Below are positions 1 through 17,956 of a stretch of DNA of 63,669 nt, in pieces; positions within the stretch are counted from its first letter, which is position 1; each line of letters opens with the position of its first letter. Both the position numbers and the translations under genes were made by a program. The stretch comes from Mesotaenium endlicherianum (Eukaryota). Where the stretch lies: assembly GCA_009602735.1 (NCBI GenBank), contig WELA01003352.1, forward strand, positions 95,933 through 159,601, in the 5' to 3' direction. Below the pieces are notes generated by a model, which worked only from the letters and a program-made list of their open reading frames with translations, was not told the DNA's origin and ran no database searches.

Positions 1-324
1 GGGGGGAGGGGGGGGGGTGTTCTTTCGCAACAACTCAGAGGGGGGTGCAAATTGCAGGCAAGGACAGTGCATTCGTGAGACCTCTAGGGAAGGCACAGGC
101 GTGGCCACAGCTGGCAGCCACGCCGTCCTTACGCAAGAAGAGAGGCGATGGGAGAGAGCACAAAAACCATCTCCTTCATCTCCTTCTGGCACAAAGCTCC
201 AAGTGTCAAAAAACTAGGCAAGCAGCATCAGCAGCAGTCATGGCAACCTAAGGGTCCGTCTTGCCACTTTCAAGGGAGGTGTGCGCACGCTAAGTGTGCA
301 TGGAAGATAGAGGACGAAGCCTAC

Positions 325-3300
325 CTGGCTGGGAAGCCCCCAGGCCGCCAAAGCTGAAGGAGCTTGGGGTCGCGCCAGTTGTCGCCGTCCCGAAGCCTCC
401 GAACGATGCCATGGGCTGCACAGGGTCACCCCAAACCGTTCAGGCGAGTGTGACGAGATCAGAGGGCTGCTTTGCAGGCCCAAAGCATGCTGGGAGGAGC
501 ACATGCCTCCCCACAGCGGAGAGTACAGGAGCAGGCTGCACTGATCCTCAAAGACGAGCACCAGGCGGCTGCTGCTTCACTTCCCACCAGCATGGGGAGC
601 AGCACAGCATGTACTGTGTAATGGAGAAGTGGATAAAAAGGCCCAGCATAGATGGGCAGGAGCGCAGGGGACAGAGAGCCCCCACGCATAAATGCATGCA
701 CGGGGCTACGCAACGCATGCTTGAGGGCGCTGTTTCATGCCAAGGCTGCCAACTCCTCAGCCTCTCCCCGCTGGATGTGCCCAAGATGACGTGTGTCCCT
801 CGACGAAAGGCACCGCCCTGGGCCGCACCAGCTTCCAGCCTGCAGGTGGGGGCTGCCAAAGATGTGCCCTGTACCGTGCTGCCTTGCAGAGGTGGTGCAG
901 GGCATGCCCCACAACAGCACGCAACAACAACTGCAGAGGCAGTTTCACCACCTTGACACCAGTGGAGCTGGCGCATGGCAGGAGCAAGGAGGGGGGGNGG
1001 AGAGGGCAAGGGGTGCTGGAGGGGGGAAGAGCGAGGAGATTTTTGTAACAGCAGCAAGAAGCACGGGAGAAGAAGCGTACCGACGACTGCGTGAGGCCGG
1101 CTGGCTTGGTCTGCCCGAACCCGAACCCGGCGGTGCCGGCAGCGCCCGTGCTCTGCCCAAAGAGGCCGCCCCCGCCGAAGCTGGGCGTGGTGCTGGCGGC
1201 GCCGAAGGCGGGCGTGGAGCTCCCAAAGGCGGGCATGGAGGACTGCCCGAAACCGAAGCCTGACGACTGCGGCTGCTGGGGCGTGGCGCCAAACAGGCTG
1301 CTGCCGCCGAATGCAGACGAGGACGCCGCCTGGCCGAACGCGGAGGTGGCGCCCGCTCCTGCCGCCGGCTGGCCAAACAGCCCCCCGCCGCCGGCGGCGC
1401 CTGCTGTCGCACCAAAGCCGCCGAACGCGGGCTGCGACGGCTGTGCCTGGGGGGTGCCAAAGAGCGACGTCGTAGCACCAAAGGCCGGCGTCGTACTGGC
1501 GGCACCAAACGCAGACCCAAACGCCGGGGTGGAGGCGGCCTGGCCGAACGCGGGGGTGGATGACTGGCCGAAAGCGGGCGTGCTGCCGGCACCCACCTGA
1601 CCAAACAGGGACGTCGCGGGCTGCCCAAAGGGCGATGGGGAGGACCCGAACGCGGGGGCTGACTGTGACTGGCCGAAGGCGGAGGATGCCTGCTGCTGGG
1701 GCTGCTGCCCAAAGGCCAGCGTGGAGGTGCCGCCAAATAGGCTGGGCTGGGAGGCTGCCTGCCCGAAAGGGCTGGGCGCTGCGGCCGCCCCGAAGGCAGG
1801 CGTTGCCACCGGCGCGCCGAATGGGCTCGCCTGCTGCGGCTGCCCAAAGATGCTCCCCCCCGCCTGCGCTGGCGCTGGCCCGCCTGCTCACACCGCCAGA
1901 TGCAGCACACATACACATACAAAGAAAGAGAGGAGGAGGGGGGGAGGGGGGGTGAGGGGACAGCAGCGCAAATTTGTGACTGTCAGTGTCCTAGTATAGA
2001 AGAACAAGCCACAAGTGGTGAGGTTTGCCTGGCTTGGATACTGGCCCAGCTGCATGGCGCGAGCTTGCCGGGTGGCCTGGCCTGCCGGGTGGCCCTCAGG
2101 TGCCACACATGCATGCAGAAGCACACCTCATCACCGGTCCTAGTGCCAATAGCTGCTCAGGAACGCCCGGGCACTGTGACGCCCCAGGCTTCTAGCTTCT
2201 GCCACAGCGGTGCTTGAATTGAACAGAGCAGGCATGACCTGCGTCTTCCTCACCCATGTCTGCCAAGTGCTACAAGGCAGATCCCTGCAATACCCCAGTG
2301 GCAGAAGCCTGGGACGTTCGCACCGAGAGCACCCACGCCTTGCTGGGAGCTACAGGGCAGATCTTGTGGCTATCACTAGAACTCACCAGCGACCGATTCT
2401 AAGCGCTAAAGCACCCTCTTGGGCAAGATCTTCCATAAACTGCCCGTCAAGAAAGAGAGGCCTATGGGATGCGCACAAAGACCGCCGCCGCATGAAGCGC
2501 CTCCCAACGAGGCTGGACCGCTGAAACCAAGAAAGATTGCAGTCTCCCGCCCCTCTGCATGCTCCTTCTCAACGTCGTGACTCCGCAACCAGAGTTGCCA
2601 GAGTCGAGAGAGGGCAATCCTGAGGGAGCTTTTGCCATCAGGAGCAGGTAGAGTGCCGGAGAGCGCGGAGTGGAGAGTGGAGGGCGCACCTTTGTCGCCG
2701 GCCTGGTAGTCCTCCCACCGCAGCTCCTCCACGCTCTTGTTGCGGTAAGCCGGCATCGCGGAAATGGACACAAACTTGCCGGCCTGTCCCGCAACGCCAC
2801 CTGTGCTGGAGTCCGTGTCGGGCGTCACAGCGTACGGGGCCGCCCGGCTGCCCGCCTTCTGAGCGCCAAATGGCGACGCTGCGCCGAAAGCACCGGCAGC
2901 GCCAAACGCCGGGGTGGCAGCAGCACCTGGCAGGAGAGCCCCCCACGCACATGCCACATTTCAGAGTGGCATCGTGTGAGGGGCTATAAGCCACCTGCGC
3001 TGCCAGTCCAGCTACTGCCTCCAGGCCCAGAGGAACCGAAATGTGTTCTTAAAGAATCTGCACCAGAAGATGGTGGCACACTGCAATGCGATGAACACTG
3101 AAACCTGATATCGAGAGGCCCTGCTTAACTGCATCGCAAGCTCACCAGCGCATCCATGCCTAAACCCTGACTGCTGATGACAAGGCCTTCTTGTGCCGGC
3201 AAGGGGCTGAGCGTTCGCAACATGTGGCCGAGAAAAGAATTTGTGGCCAAGAGAAGATTAGGGGACAAGAGAGGAGGCCCCGCGGACGTGGAAGCAAACA

Positions 3301-5109
3301 AGGAGCCAAAAGCAAGAAGGTATCAAGGTGCACCAGTGATGCGCTGAAAAAGAAAATGCAAGAGGTCGGAGTGGGGCCGAAAACGGGGGTTAGTGTGCGT
3401 GTGCACCGAAGGGAGAAGCCGCAGCGGGGGTGCTGCCAAAGACGCTGGTGGTGGTCCCGAACGCTGGCGCCGGCGTCGCTGCAGCCTGGCCAAACGCCGG
3501 CGTCTGGCTGCCGAAGATGGACGGCGTGGCTCCAAACGCGGGCGTGGAGGAGGCCTGGCCAAAGGCAGGCGTGGAGGCGGGGGCCCCAAACGCCGAAGAG
3601 GGCGTGGAGCCAAAGGCCGAGGGCGTGGCTGACCCGAATGCATTGGTGGCCCCAAACGGCTGCGAGTTGAAGGCCGGCTGGCTGGGCTGGCCGAAGGTGC
3701 TGGCTCCGAAGGGGTTCGCCTGCCCCGGTGTGGTGGTACCAAATGCTCCAAACCCGGTACCGGCCGGCTTCTGCTGCCCAAACACCGAGGTCGCTGAGCA
3801 CTCCGCCACCACCATAGCATGCCACATCGAAAAGAGGCGTGAGAGGGAAGAAACCACCAGTGCACACGAACATTTTACATCCAAGGCCGGAGGAAAAGAA
3901 GACAGCATAGCACACAAGCACACCAAAGCCACGGTGGGCGAACGATGCTCATGAATGTCCTCTGCTGTTGAAGCCACAGAGGCAGCCCTAGAAGAGAAAC
4001 AGGTCTGCACCAGCACCAGGGCCAGAACAAATTTAAGACTGAGGAGAACAGCATGCCTATCTACCAGTCATCATTTTCATGAGGAATTGAAGACTATGTA
4101 AGCTAGTGAGAAAGGAGGCCCCTTGCCTTACAGACTGCACTTGCTCTGCAAGCTAAACCCTCCTGAAGCTGGCACCAGCTGTCCCGCTGGTGCCCTCAGG
4201 AACCCTCAGAGGACACACACATGATGATCCCATGACTGCACGCAAACTAGCATGCCATTCAACAGCATTCGCAAACCTACCCAAGTCGCCAGCCAATAAG
4301 AAGAGTCACTGCTCACAAGCTGCGACGTCCTCAAAAACTACATCTCTCCCCTGGTTACAGGGGAAGAAGGAAATATTACTGTAAGAGAGCCTTACTTCCA
4401 AACGCAGGAGCAGGGGAAGCTCCAAAGGCAGGCTGGGTCACACCAAACACGCCCGTGGCTGTCCCGGAACCAAATACGGAGCCTCCTGCCGGCTGCCCTG
4501 CCTGGCCAAAGGGAGAGCTGCCTCCAAATGGCGAAGACGACGCGCCGAAAGGATTGCTAGGCTGACCAAACGGAGTAGTTGTGGAGTTCGCACCAAATGG
4601 ATTACTGGCTGCTCCTGATGCTCCAAAGGGACTCGAAGCGCCCCCGAAGGCTGCCACAAGAAGGTGCAGAAATATCTCGACATCAGGTTAGGTCAGAACC
4701 CGAGCAAAAGCTGGGCCTGCTGTGGGCCTCATTGAGTGTTATGGAAAGTTGCAAAGGTGTGCCCTAGAATCACAAAGAAGATGATGAAGAAGATAATGAG
4801 GTGGATTAACCTAACACCAGCAGAAGATCTTTATCTGGAACATCATGACAAACAGAAAGAAGAGGAAGATCATGACATGAAGCATGCACAACCTACTATA
4901 TGACAGGTGCCTCAGCAAGTTGATTACACCCAAGCATAGGCAGCCAAACACAAGTAGCATGAGAAACAACAGAGAATATTCTCAAGAAATAAGTCCACCT
5001 CACAGATAAGACCACATGTGTCAAACCAAAAACACTACAATATAAGGCTGCAATATCTGACATGTGAGATGAAAGGCAAGAAGAGCTTACGGCTTGCTGC
5101 ACCGAACAT
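325..5109 (-). CDS. NUP98: FG-repeat nucleoporin Nup98, N-terminal part; the gene continues past the window start. Exons 5109-5091, 4650-4396, 3793-3407, 2926-2690, 1883-1081, 415-325
   Basis: Spliced translation starts [16 protein letters not shown] and is dense in (P)AFG/SLFG/PFG repeats. Exon 4 holds the GLEBS (Rae1/Gle2-binding) motif [27 protein letters not shown]. All junctions are GT-AG and phase-consistent. Confidence 0.93.
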
Positions 5110-6567
5110 GGTGCTGTCAATTCCTCGGAAGGGACCACGAGGCTGGCCACTCAGGAGAGAAACGGCATCAAGAATGTACTTGCAAAGTCAGCAATTCCCC
5201 AAAGCTAAGACTACTGCTGAATTATAACTGTCCTACAACCAAAAATTTGATGGCTTTCTCGGCTACAAATAAGCCAAAAATCATGTAAATACGCAGGAAA
5301 AATGGTTATGTGCAGAAGCTTCAATGGCGCTCAACCATGGCAGCTAGATGGCAAACTTCTTCACACGAGATGTCCGAGGATTTTGATTGGAGTGGCTGTA
5401 AAAAGCTCCGTTCCTGGTTCTTACTGCTGATTAACGTGTGATAGACGTCGCTGCTTCGTGCAACAGATGGGGCGACGTCGCCTTTAACATATACCGACTT
5501 CCCGAGCATATGATACAAATGTGCAAGAAACTGCAAAAAAATGCCAAATTGAGGCCTACCGTATTAAGGTCGACCCACGTAAGCAGATGTGAAGCTCCTT
5601 TTCACACCAATTTGAGCTTCGGGGCCGAGAATAATTGAAGCATGGAGACTCCTCGAGTAGTCAGTTGAGTGGTGTCGGCCTCTTTAAAATGATGACACCT
5701 TCGCATTAATTTTTATTTGGTTCTTCGCAGATCTTCGAGTGCTTGAGTCGCTTGCGGTCGCTTACCTCAGCCAGCTTCAGCTACCTTTCAAGTTTCAAGC
5801 AGTTTCAACCTGGTTTCAACTTCTCAAGTATTGGACTTCAAAGCTTCCTAGCTCGGTCCCAGCTACGTTGACCGAGACTCGTCCGCGTATAATTATTTAA
5901 GTGATTTCAAGTTTTCAAGCAGAAATGAAGGGGCTTCAGCTGGGCTTCAGCCGGCTTTAACAGAGTCTTGGCCTGTTGTGACTGATCACGACCAAAGCTT
6001 TGACAGAGGTCTACTAATGAGTTGAGCCCATTCTGCCACATTCTGCGAGCGATTATTGGCAGATTATTGGTGTCGTGTGTTGCATATCTCATTAAGGAAC
6101 TTGTAGCAACTTTCAGATCACGTTGCAGCAGGGAGCAGCGTAGCAATTTTTCCTTTATTGCTCGCTACACCAATCGAGACTTTTCCAATGCACCTTTGAG
6201 GGTAATATAGACCTGCATGCAACTAGAAGTTCTGCTTTGGGAGAAAGGTTGGAGCACGTACTTGAAAACACTCCATGTTCTTCTTCAGGCTAGGGACCTT
6301 TCCGAATTAGGTCATAACTGTCTAGTATGTGACCTTATCGGCTAAATATTCTGCAACTCGGATGTAACGTCGCTTTTTCCACTAGTTCTTTCTATGTTTC
6401 TTCTATAGTGGTCTCCTGGGCGCACTAGCTGCATCATCTGCGACACATGCACAAGAAGAGTGTCTTTACGCTTCTCTCATTCACTTGAGAGATCGCATTG
6501 GCGCTGGAGGGAGGATATTGTTGTCCAGTATGTGAGCGTGGACATTTGAGGAGCTCGCTCTCTTTGA

Positions 6568-8756
6568 ATGGCAAAGAAGATGAATATGATGGATCCTTTA
6601 TCGACCCTAGACGATTCTGATAGTGATTCGGACGACCAGCAAGGAGATCTTCCTCTTGCTTCAGCTGACACTAGCCAAAAGATAAGCAAAGGTAGGGTGA
6701 CGAAGTCGGTCAAACACTGTCAATTTTGAATGTCAACCATTGAAGTTATCCTTGCCCACAAGCTAGTAGATGTTACAGAGCAAAAGTCGCCCATGTGATA
6801 GTGAGATTGCCATTTAGATTTCTTTCCTATCCTATGCTCAGCACTAAGTACCAGTTTCCTCTGTTTCCCTTGTTTTTTGACAGGGTCATCATTGGGAAAG
6901 GTTGCACAAGCTCCTGTTCCAGCCAAGAAGCATGCGATGAATTTTGAGACCCTAAGCAAGCATGGCTTTAAAGGAGGCCCTTCAGTCCTCTTTGTGCCTC
7001 CCCCAAAGGAAGACTCACAGCATAGCTATGAGTGGGGCCAAGGTAAGCGCAAAGATCCGGACGAGGAGCCTGAATCGTTTGAGGAAAGGGAACGCTTGAG
7101 GCTGGTGGCAAACGACAGAAGTATTGAGGTAACCTCTTCCCTCCTTTATCCCTCCGGTCCTTGCCAGGCCGTCATTTAAACTTGGCATAATGAGCCTTAT
7201 TCACAGTCAGTGCCTTATGTGCACTTGCCCAGAGATCATTAAGGCCTTTGTCTCGGCAAAATTGCATATGCATAAATACCTGACAGTGGAATGACACAAT
7301 AGCTGCTAGCAAGCAACCTGGAAAATATACGAAATATTGATTGATTCCTGGAGGTAAGGAGCAGAAAGGGGAGAAGTGACTGATGGGAACAGGGGCGGGG
7401 GGTGGCGGGGGGGGGTGCCGATGGGACACAAAAAATAAAGACTACTCAAGAAGAATCTAGTCTAAACACACTCTTTTACAGTGCCTTCTTTTCACACTTT
7501 CTCCACTCTTCTTCTCGACTCCCTGACACCCCTTGCCACGAGATTGTGAAGTGATGCAATGACAGCTCTTGGGATGCAACACGACGAATGCGCATACAAT
7601 ATTCCCAGGAAAGGGGCCATGCAGAGTTGCACGTCTTGTGATGCACCACGTGTCAGCTGGCGCTCTTGGCATCAGGTTTCTGCAAAGAGAGAGGGAGGCA
7701 GGGAGGGTGGAGATGGGGAGGGAGGAGGGGATGGCGAGAAGGGGGGAAAGAGGGGGGGAGTAAGACAGGGAGAGCTGTTCTGGGCCATGTCAAAGCACGC
7801 CTCCTGGGACGATGACACCTGGGCAACATGTGGTCACAAGGTAGAGGTGCGGCGTTCCAGCTCTCATGTGTGCAGTAGGGACCTGGGAGAAAGGTTTGAG
7901 CCCTTGAAGAATCTTGTGTCCAGCATATTCTTTACATATATTTAGCCATCATTCAATGAAAGCATATGTTTACTTTTAGCTGCTGCATAATGTCGTTCAG
8001 GTAACATGAGCTCTTGACCAAAAGACAAAATTTACGGGCTTGAAGCAACTTGTCCACTGCCCTTGTCAAACAACACAGTCAGACCCCTAGCCTCTACCAT
8101 GCGTCAAACAGCCCCCTCCCCATTGCTCCTACTCTGCCCCACACAACATAAGCTTGTCAACCTCTGCTGTCCTTGTTATTTGGAGAGACATCTACGCGTC
8201 CCTTGACCCACAAATGCTCATTGAAGACGTTCTCACGCGCTCCAGGCCCAGTCCATCCTCCTCTCCCCTCTCCCCTCCCCTCCCTCCCTCCCTCCGCGCC
8301 TGACCCCTACTTCCTCCTGCTCCCTTAGGAAGCTGGCTGTTGTTCTGTTCCAAATGACAGGTGTAAACTTGCAGTGAGCAGGCACTCAAGTCAACTTTTG
8401 CAACCTGCAGGTGGTCAGTTGAGCTTAGACGCACATTTCTAGCAGGGTCCCTGCTAACAAGCTGCCTTCTTAAAATGCAGGGACTAGTCGGTTGACAGGC
8501 TCTTCAAACTCTCACGCTTTTGCGTGCCTCTTGCTTCTTACCACATGGTGGGCAGGCTGCAGCTCTTGCAATCGCGGGCTTTGAGGCGAACAAGAAGCTT
8601 CGCAAAGATGCAGCCGAAGAGCGCCGAGCGCTGTCCTTCAACCAGAAGGAGAAGCGGAAGAGAGAAATGGGACAGGCGAGCAAGGGCAAGAACTATGTAG
8701 AAGAAGAGAAGCGCCTGCTTCGAGACCAAGGCGTGTACTCTGGTTTTGACAAGTGA
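6568..8756 (+). CDS. Conserved small charged protein of unknown function (~189 aa). Exons 6568-6691, 6884-7128, 8556-8756
   Basis: GT-AG exons join in frame (570 nt): acidic N-terminus DDSDSDSDD, then FETLSKHGFKGGPSVLFVPPP, and a C-terminus SFNQKEKRKREMGQASKGKNYVEEEKRLLRDQGVYSGFD that I recall from a conserved plant hypothetical protein. Family name uncertain. Confidence 0.8.
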
Positions 8757-9561
8757 CTTGGTTTCTGCCAGGACCAGTTGTCTGAGGGAGCCCAAAGAAG
8801 GGGACCAGACCAACTGCTGCTCCATGTGTACAGGTCAATAATCAAGGTAACAAGATTGAATGGCCGATTAAGTGAAACATAGCAACAATTTTAAACCCAG
8901 GATTGATGGAAGGGGTAGAGATTTAAGGACTTGTGAAGTAGGAAATGAGTTACAGATATTCTGTGTTAAGCCGGTGATCACCACTAGGTCTGAACCTGTA
9001 GAGGTTTCCTGACAGCCCTAATGGTATAGAGGTGAAGCCTGTGCTGATGAACTTAGAAGCTGCTACCACTTGCGAGCGGTACAGAATAAGGTCCTTTAAC
9101 AATAGCAAAGTAATCCTTTTTTAGAATCCTGAATAACTCCTTCCAGAGAAATATTTGACGCATCTAAGGAGTAGAGGTTGGTGTTACTGCAGCTGTGCTT
9201 TTTAGATCATGTGGACATCATCAGGCCACTCCAGTGATGCTTCTTTACTGTTGCCTGTTATGCGAGTGTATGTAAGGCTACACAATCTTGCAGCAATGAT
9301 GAAACAGCTGCTTGCATGTTTCAGCCCGCATATGCGAAGCATCTGGCCAGAAAGAAAAGTAGCTGGATAAGGATGACATGAAGGCATGTACTTTGCACAG
9401 GCCTTGTTTGTGTCAGTTTATGTACATCATTCCTGCGAACCAGCAGCTTGCACCCTAACCGTAGTCAGCTGCAATGACCCGCAGTAACTCTAGGGTGACT
9501 ACAATAAGATCACAAAATCCTAAAGAATGATTGGAATACTACAATGACATGTTATGAAGCC

Positions 9562-11053
9562 CTAACTATAAGACCTTAGGTCTGCTTCTGACGCTTGCAG
9601 ATATGGTAAAGCCACTCTTTGGGGCACCATGTTCGGGTAATCTACAGAATCAACTGCGCCTTCACCCTGGGGACAAAATTGCAAGTACAAACGGCCATCC
9701 ACGTCTGTGACTAGTTGGTATAGCACTTTACCAGCGCCATAATTGCCGAGCAATTCATACGACTGCTCAGACCCATCCATAGTGACACACGTATCCCCCG
9801 CACCTGCACAAGGAAACATGGAGAAGCAGTGATACTCAGCAGGTTTGTGAAAGCCGTGGTGAGGACCAGCAGAAGGAGATGAGTACACACATGTCCACGT
9901 GGATGTCACTGAGGCATGACAGCTCGTGTATGAAAAGGCAGGCACAAACCGACGCACACTGACAAAAAAAAAAACTGGCACTCGCGCAAGCTTCTGCCAG
10001 TCTGCTTTTGAAAATCCTCTGTACTCCACCTCTCTGTCAGTCCTCTTGAGGCTGTCGCTAAATTATGAAAGACTACAAGCTGGGGAGATGCTATGCAATT
10101 ATTCACATCGCGTTGCACACGACAGGTCTAATTTAGCACACATCTACACGTCAGGACATGATGCCTAGCCACTCGAAACTTTAGACTTACAAGCGGCGTG
10201 CTCGAGCTGTGTGTTGTACACAAACTCCAGGAGGCTTGATGATGACTCAGCAAATTGTTTCAAGGAGCCAGTCAGTCGCAGTCTTTGCATCCTGCTGACG
10301 CCTTCTCCTAGCTCCATCATTGCTCCCTTATGATTCTGTTAAATCATCCCTTTCTCGATCCCAACAAGGTGACAATGGCTACTTAGAAAGGACCCGCAAT
10401 AGACAAAACAGCAGAGAAATTGGCAAAGACACAATTTTCAACCTTGGAGGCTGCAAGACTAGCATGCAGTACATCAGCTGAATGTATCAACGTTGGTCAA
10501 TGAATGTAGTCAGAAGGACTTAATTAGGCTCCTGCCCCCTCAGTCATTGAAAGTTTAAGAGAGCAACTGGAGCAGGTTGTACCTGGTTAAGCAGGTGATA
10601 CAGCCCCACTGCACACTGCAAAATGCTGTGAAGGATGCTTCTCTGTGGATCACGAGCTCCGTGCCACAGTTCCTCAAGTACATCATGGCAGCGGTAGTAT
10701 TCTCCAGCATTGAAGAGAGCAACTCCTTCTCCAAAGCTCGCCTTTGAGGAAGTTGTGGAAAAGTCGTCATCATCATCCCAACGATAGGCCAATGCTCGGG
10801 GAGCAACATGCGTTGACTCATAACGTTGGAGCTTACGCTGTATGTGGTAACTTTGTTGAGCAACCACTTTCCGCAACAATTTACTTACATCAGAAAAGGA
10901 AGATCCGTAAGAAGCACAGAGGGTGTGACGATAGGGTTTACATAACCAAGCGACAGCGACCTTATTAGACCGACAAAAGCTTAGAGGGGCAGACGAGCTC
11001 CAAATACTCGTGCTAAACATACAAGACGAGCTTGCAACACTTACAGTGGCCAT
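9562..11053 (-). CDS. DUF309-domain protein, probably plastid-targeted (~285 aa). Exons 11053-10583, 10335-10191, 9803-9562
   Basis: DUF309-type motif LFNAGEYYRCHDVLEELWH...LQCAVGLYHLLNQ|NHKGAMMELGEG, and a Ser-rich transit-peptide-like N-terminus. Exons sum to 858 nt, in frame. Confidence 0.88.
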
Positions 11054-12271
11054 TGGCCAGTCGGCTACGGCCAATCGACTATACTGTTACTGCTGACTCG
11101 GGGAGTATGAACCAAAAGACTGGTCTAGAGAAGACCGATCTCTTCTGGCACAACTTGGATCATTGCCATGGAGACACGACACCTCGCGGCTATCATTCAA
11201 AAGCACGCACAATAAGCTATGGCTAAGCTCAAACGAAGCCAAAGTCCTTCTAAGACTACTTCAGCAATATTAATATGATGGTTCACGCTAGCTTGGACCT
11301 CTCATTAATACAATGCAGCTGGCTTGCATGTCGAATGAAGCAGTTTATGTTCAATCAGCTGGCTTAAGCTGTCTCCAGCACATTCTCTCCTACCTGATTC
11401 GCAAGGGCAAACGAATCGATGATATGCAGACTAGCGCGCGCGCATCATGCACTTCATCTTGTGGTCATATGAGGCGGTTCTAAATTACTTAAGGGGTAAA
11501 CAGCGTTAAATATGATATATTGAACGAAACAATAAAATCCTGAGCTTCACAGTCACTCCTGAGTTTTCTCTTCTACTTCTGCTTCATGCTCAAGCTTTGT
11601 CGAAAGGATGCATTGTTGACCTTATATCTTATGGCCCTTCATGGGTGTCATATTGCAAGGTAAGAGCAGGAAATAATGAGACCTCCAAGGTCTGTGCTCT
11701 TGTCGACAAATGCAGCGCTAATGACATCCAACAACCAGCATAGCATTATTTAAACTACCACTGCACTGTTGGCCCCACACACATTACCGTGCATTATGAT
11801 TGGTAGCTGGGAGAGGTCACATTGGTCATTTACTCCCGTTCTTGCATGTACAACAAAATTAGTTAGGAGTTCACATAGTGGCCTCGAAGGGATGAAGTTC
11901 CTACTCCAGCTGTTTCACTTGCGAGATGCATCTATTGGCTACGACTGCGAGGCATTTCATCCCCGCACTCACACTCGTTAAAAAACACAATATGCGCGAA
12001 TGTTTCGACACATGTTTCTTTTCTTTATTCTGAACATCGCCATCACAGGCTAAGCCTTCGGATGTCTGTATGAGGGAGGCTGCATAAACGCCCCTTACAT
12101 TAATTTGTTGTGCGCCTGCACTGCACCTGGTTAGACACAAATCTGACCATTGCCACACAGGCATCCTTTTACCAATTGACCGAGTGCATTGAGCTAGTGT
12201 CATCAGTAGACCACGCCACATCCTAGAAGCATCATTTGACCACTGCCATACAAAAACTCCCCACGCAGCGG

Positions 12272-17172
<4,901 letters not shown>

Positions 17173-17956
17173 TGCAGGAGCTGCTGAAACTCAGCTACCT
17201 CAACATTATTAAAAGCCAGTCCAAAGTTTCGAGTATACCCAGCATGCTCCGCGACATCTGCGGGTCGTCATAGGTAACAAGCAGCATTCTGCACGGCGTA
17301 GAGAATGAAAGCGGGAGTGTGGAGCACACCGATCAGATCAAACTATTGCCTGTCGTCGGTACAGCTTTTATTTTCTTTTGGGGGTAATCATCATCCATGC
17401 AGCTTCAGTTCAGACAATTGTCGTTCGTGTAACTAGTAGCGCACACCGGCGCACATCGGCGCACACCGGCGCACGTGGCAAAGGAAGCATTATCTGCAGA
17501 TCTTTCCTCTCCGCTGCTCTCGCCCGACTCTCGCTGGTGCTCGCTGGTAGCTCACTGGTGCTCATTGGCCATCACTGGCGTTTTTTAACGAAGGTGATAA
17601 CAGCTCGCCACCTGGATGCTGACTCTTGCTCTCAATATGCATTAGCACTTCCTTTTCTTTGCCTCGTTTACAGTTTGCTCGGCTGGGACCTCTGGGAATT
17701 ACTTTCTAAGCCAACGTGTGGTGGTATGGATCTAATTTAGGATATAAGCAACTTGAGGTTGAAGTATGCACGTCGAAGTGCCTCCATTTGAAGATGGGGC
17801 AATCTTGATTGTAAAGTTATAGCCGGTGCTCCTAAGGTTGCTGACTCTCCACTCTGCTCAAGCCGTTGTATGTGGTTATCTGACTGGTAGCCTGAATACC
17901 TCATCGGAAGTTACATTGAGACATTTAGTGGTACTTCTGAGATACATTTGAAACCC

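Noticed and set aside
548..4016. Many long overlapping ORFs on both strands
   Set aside because: Shadow frames of GC-rich NUP98 FG-repeat exons
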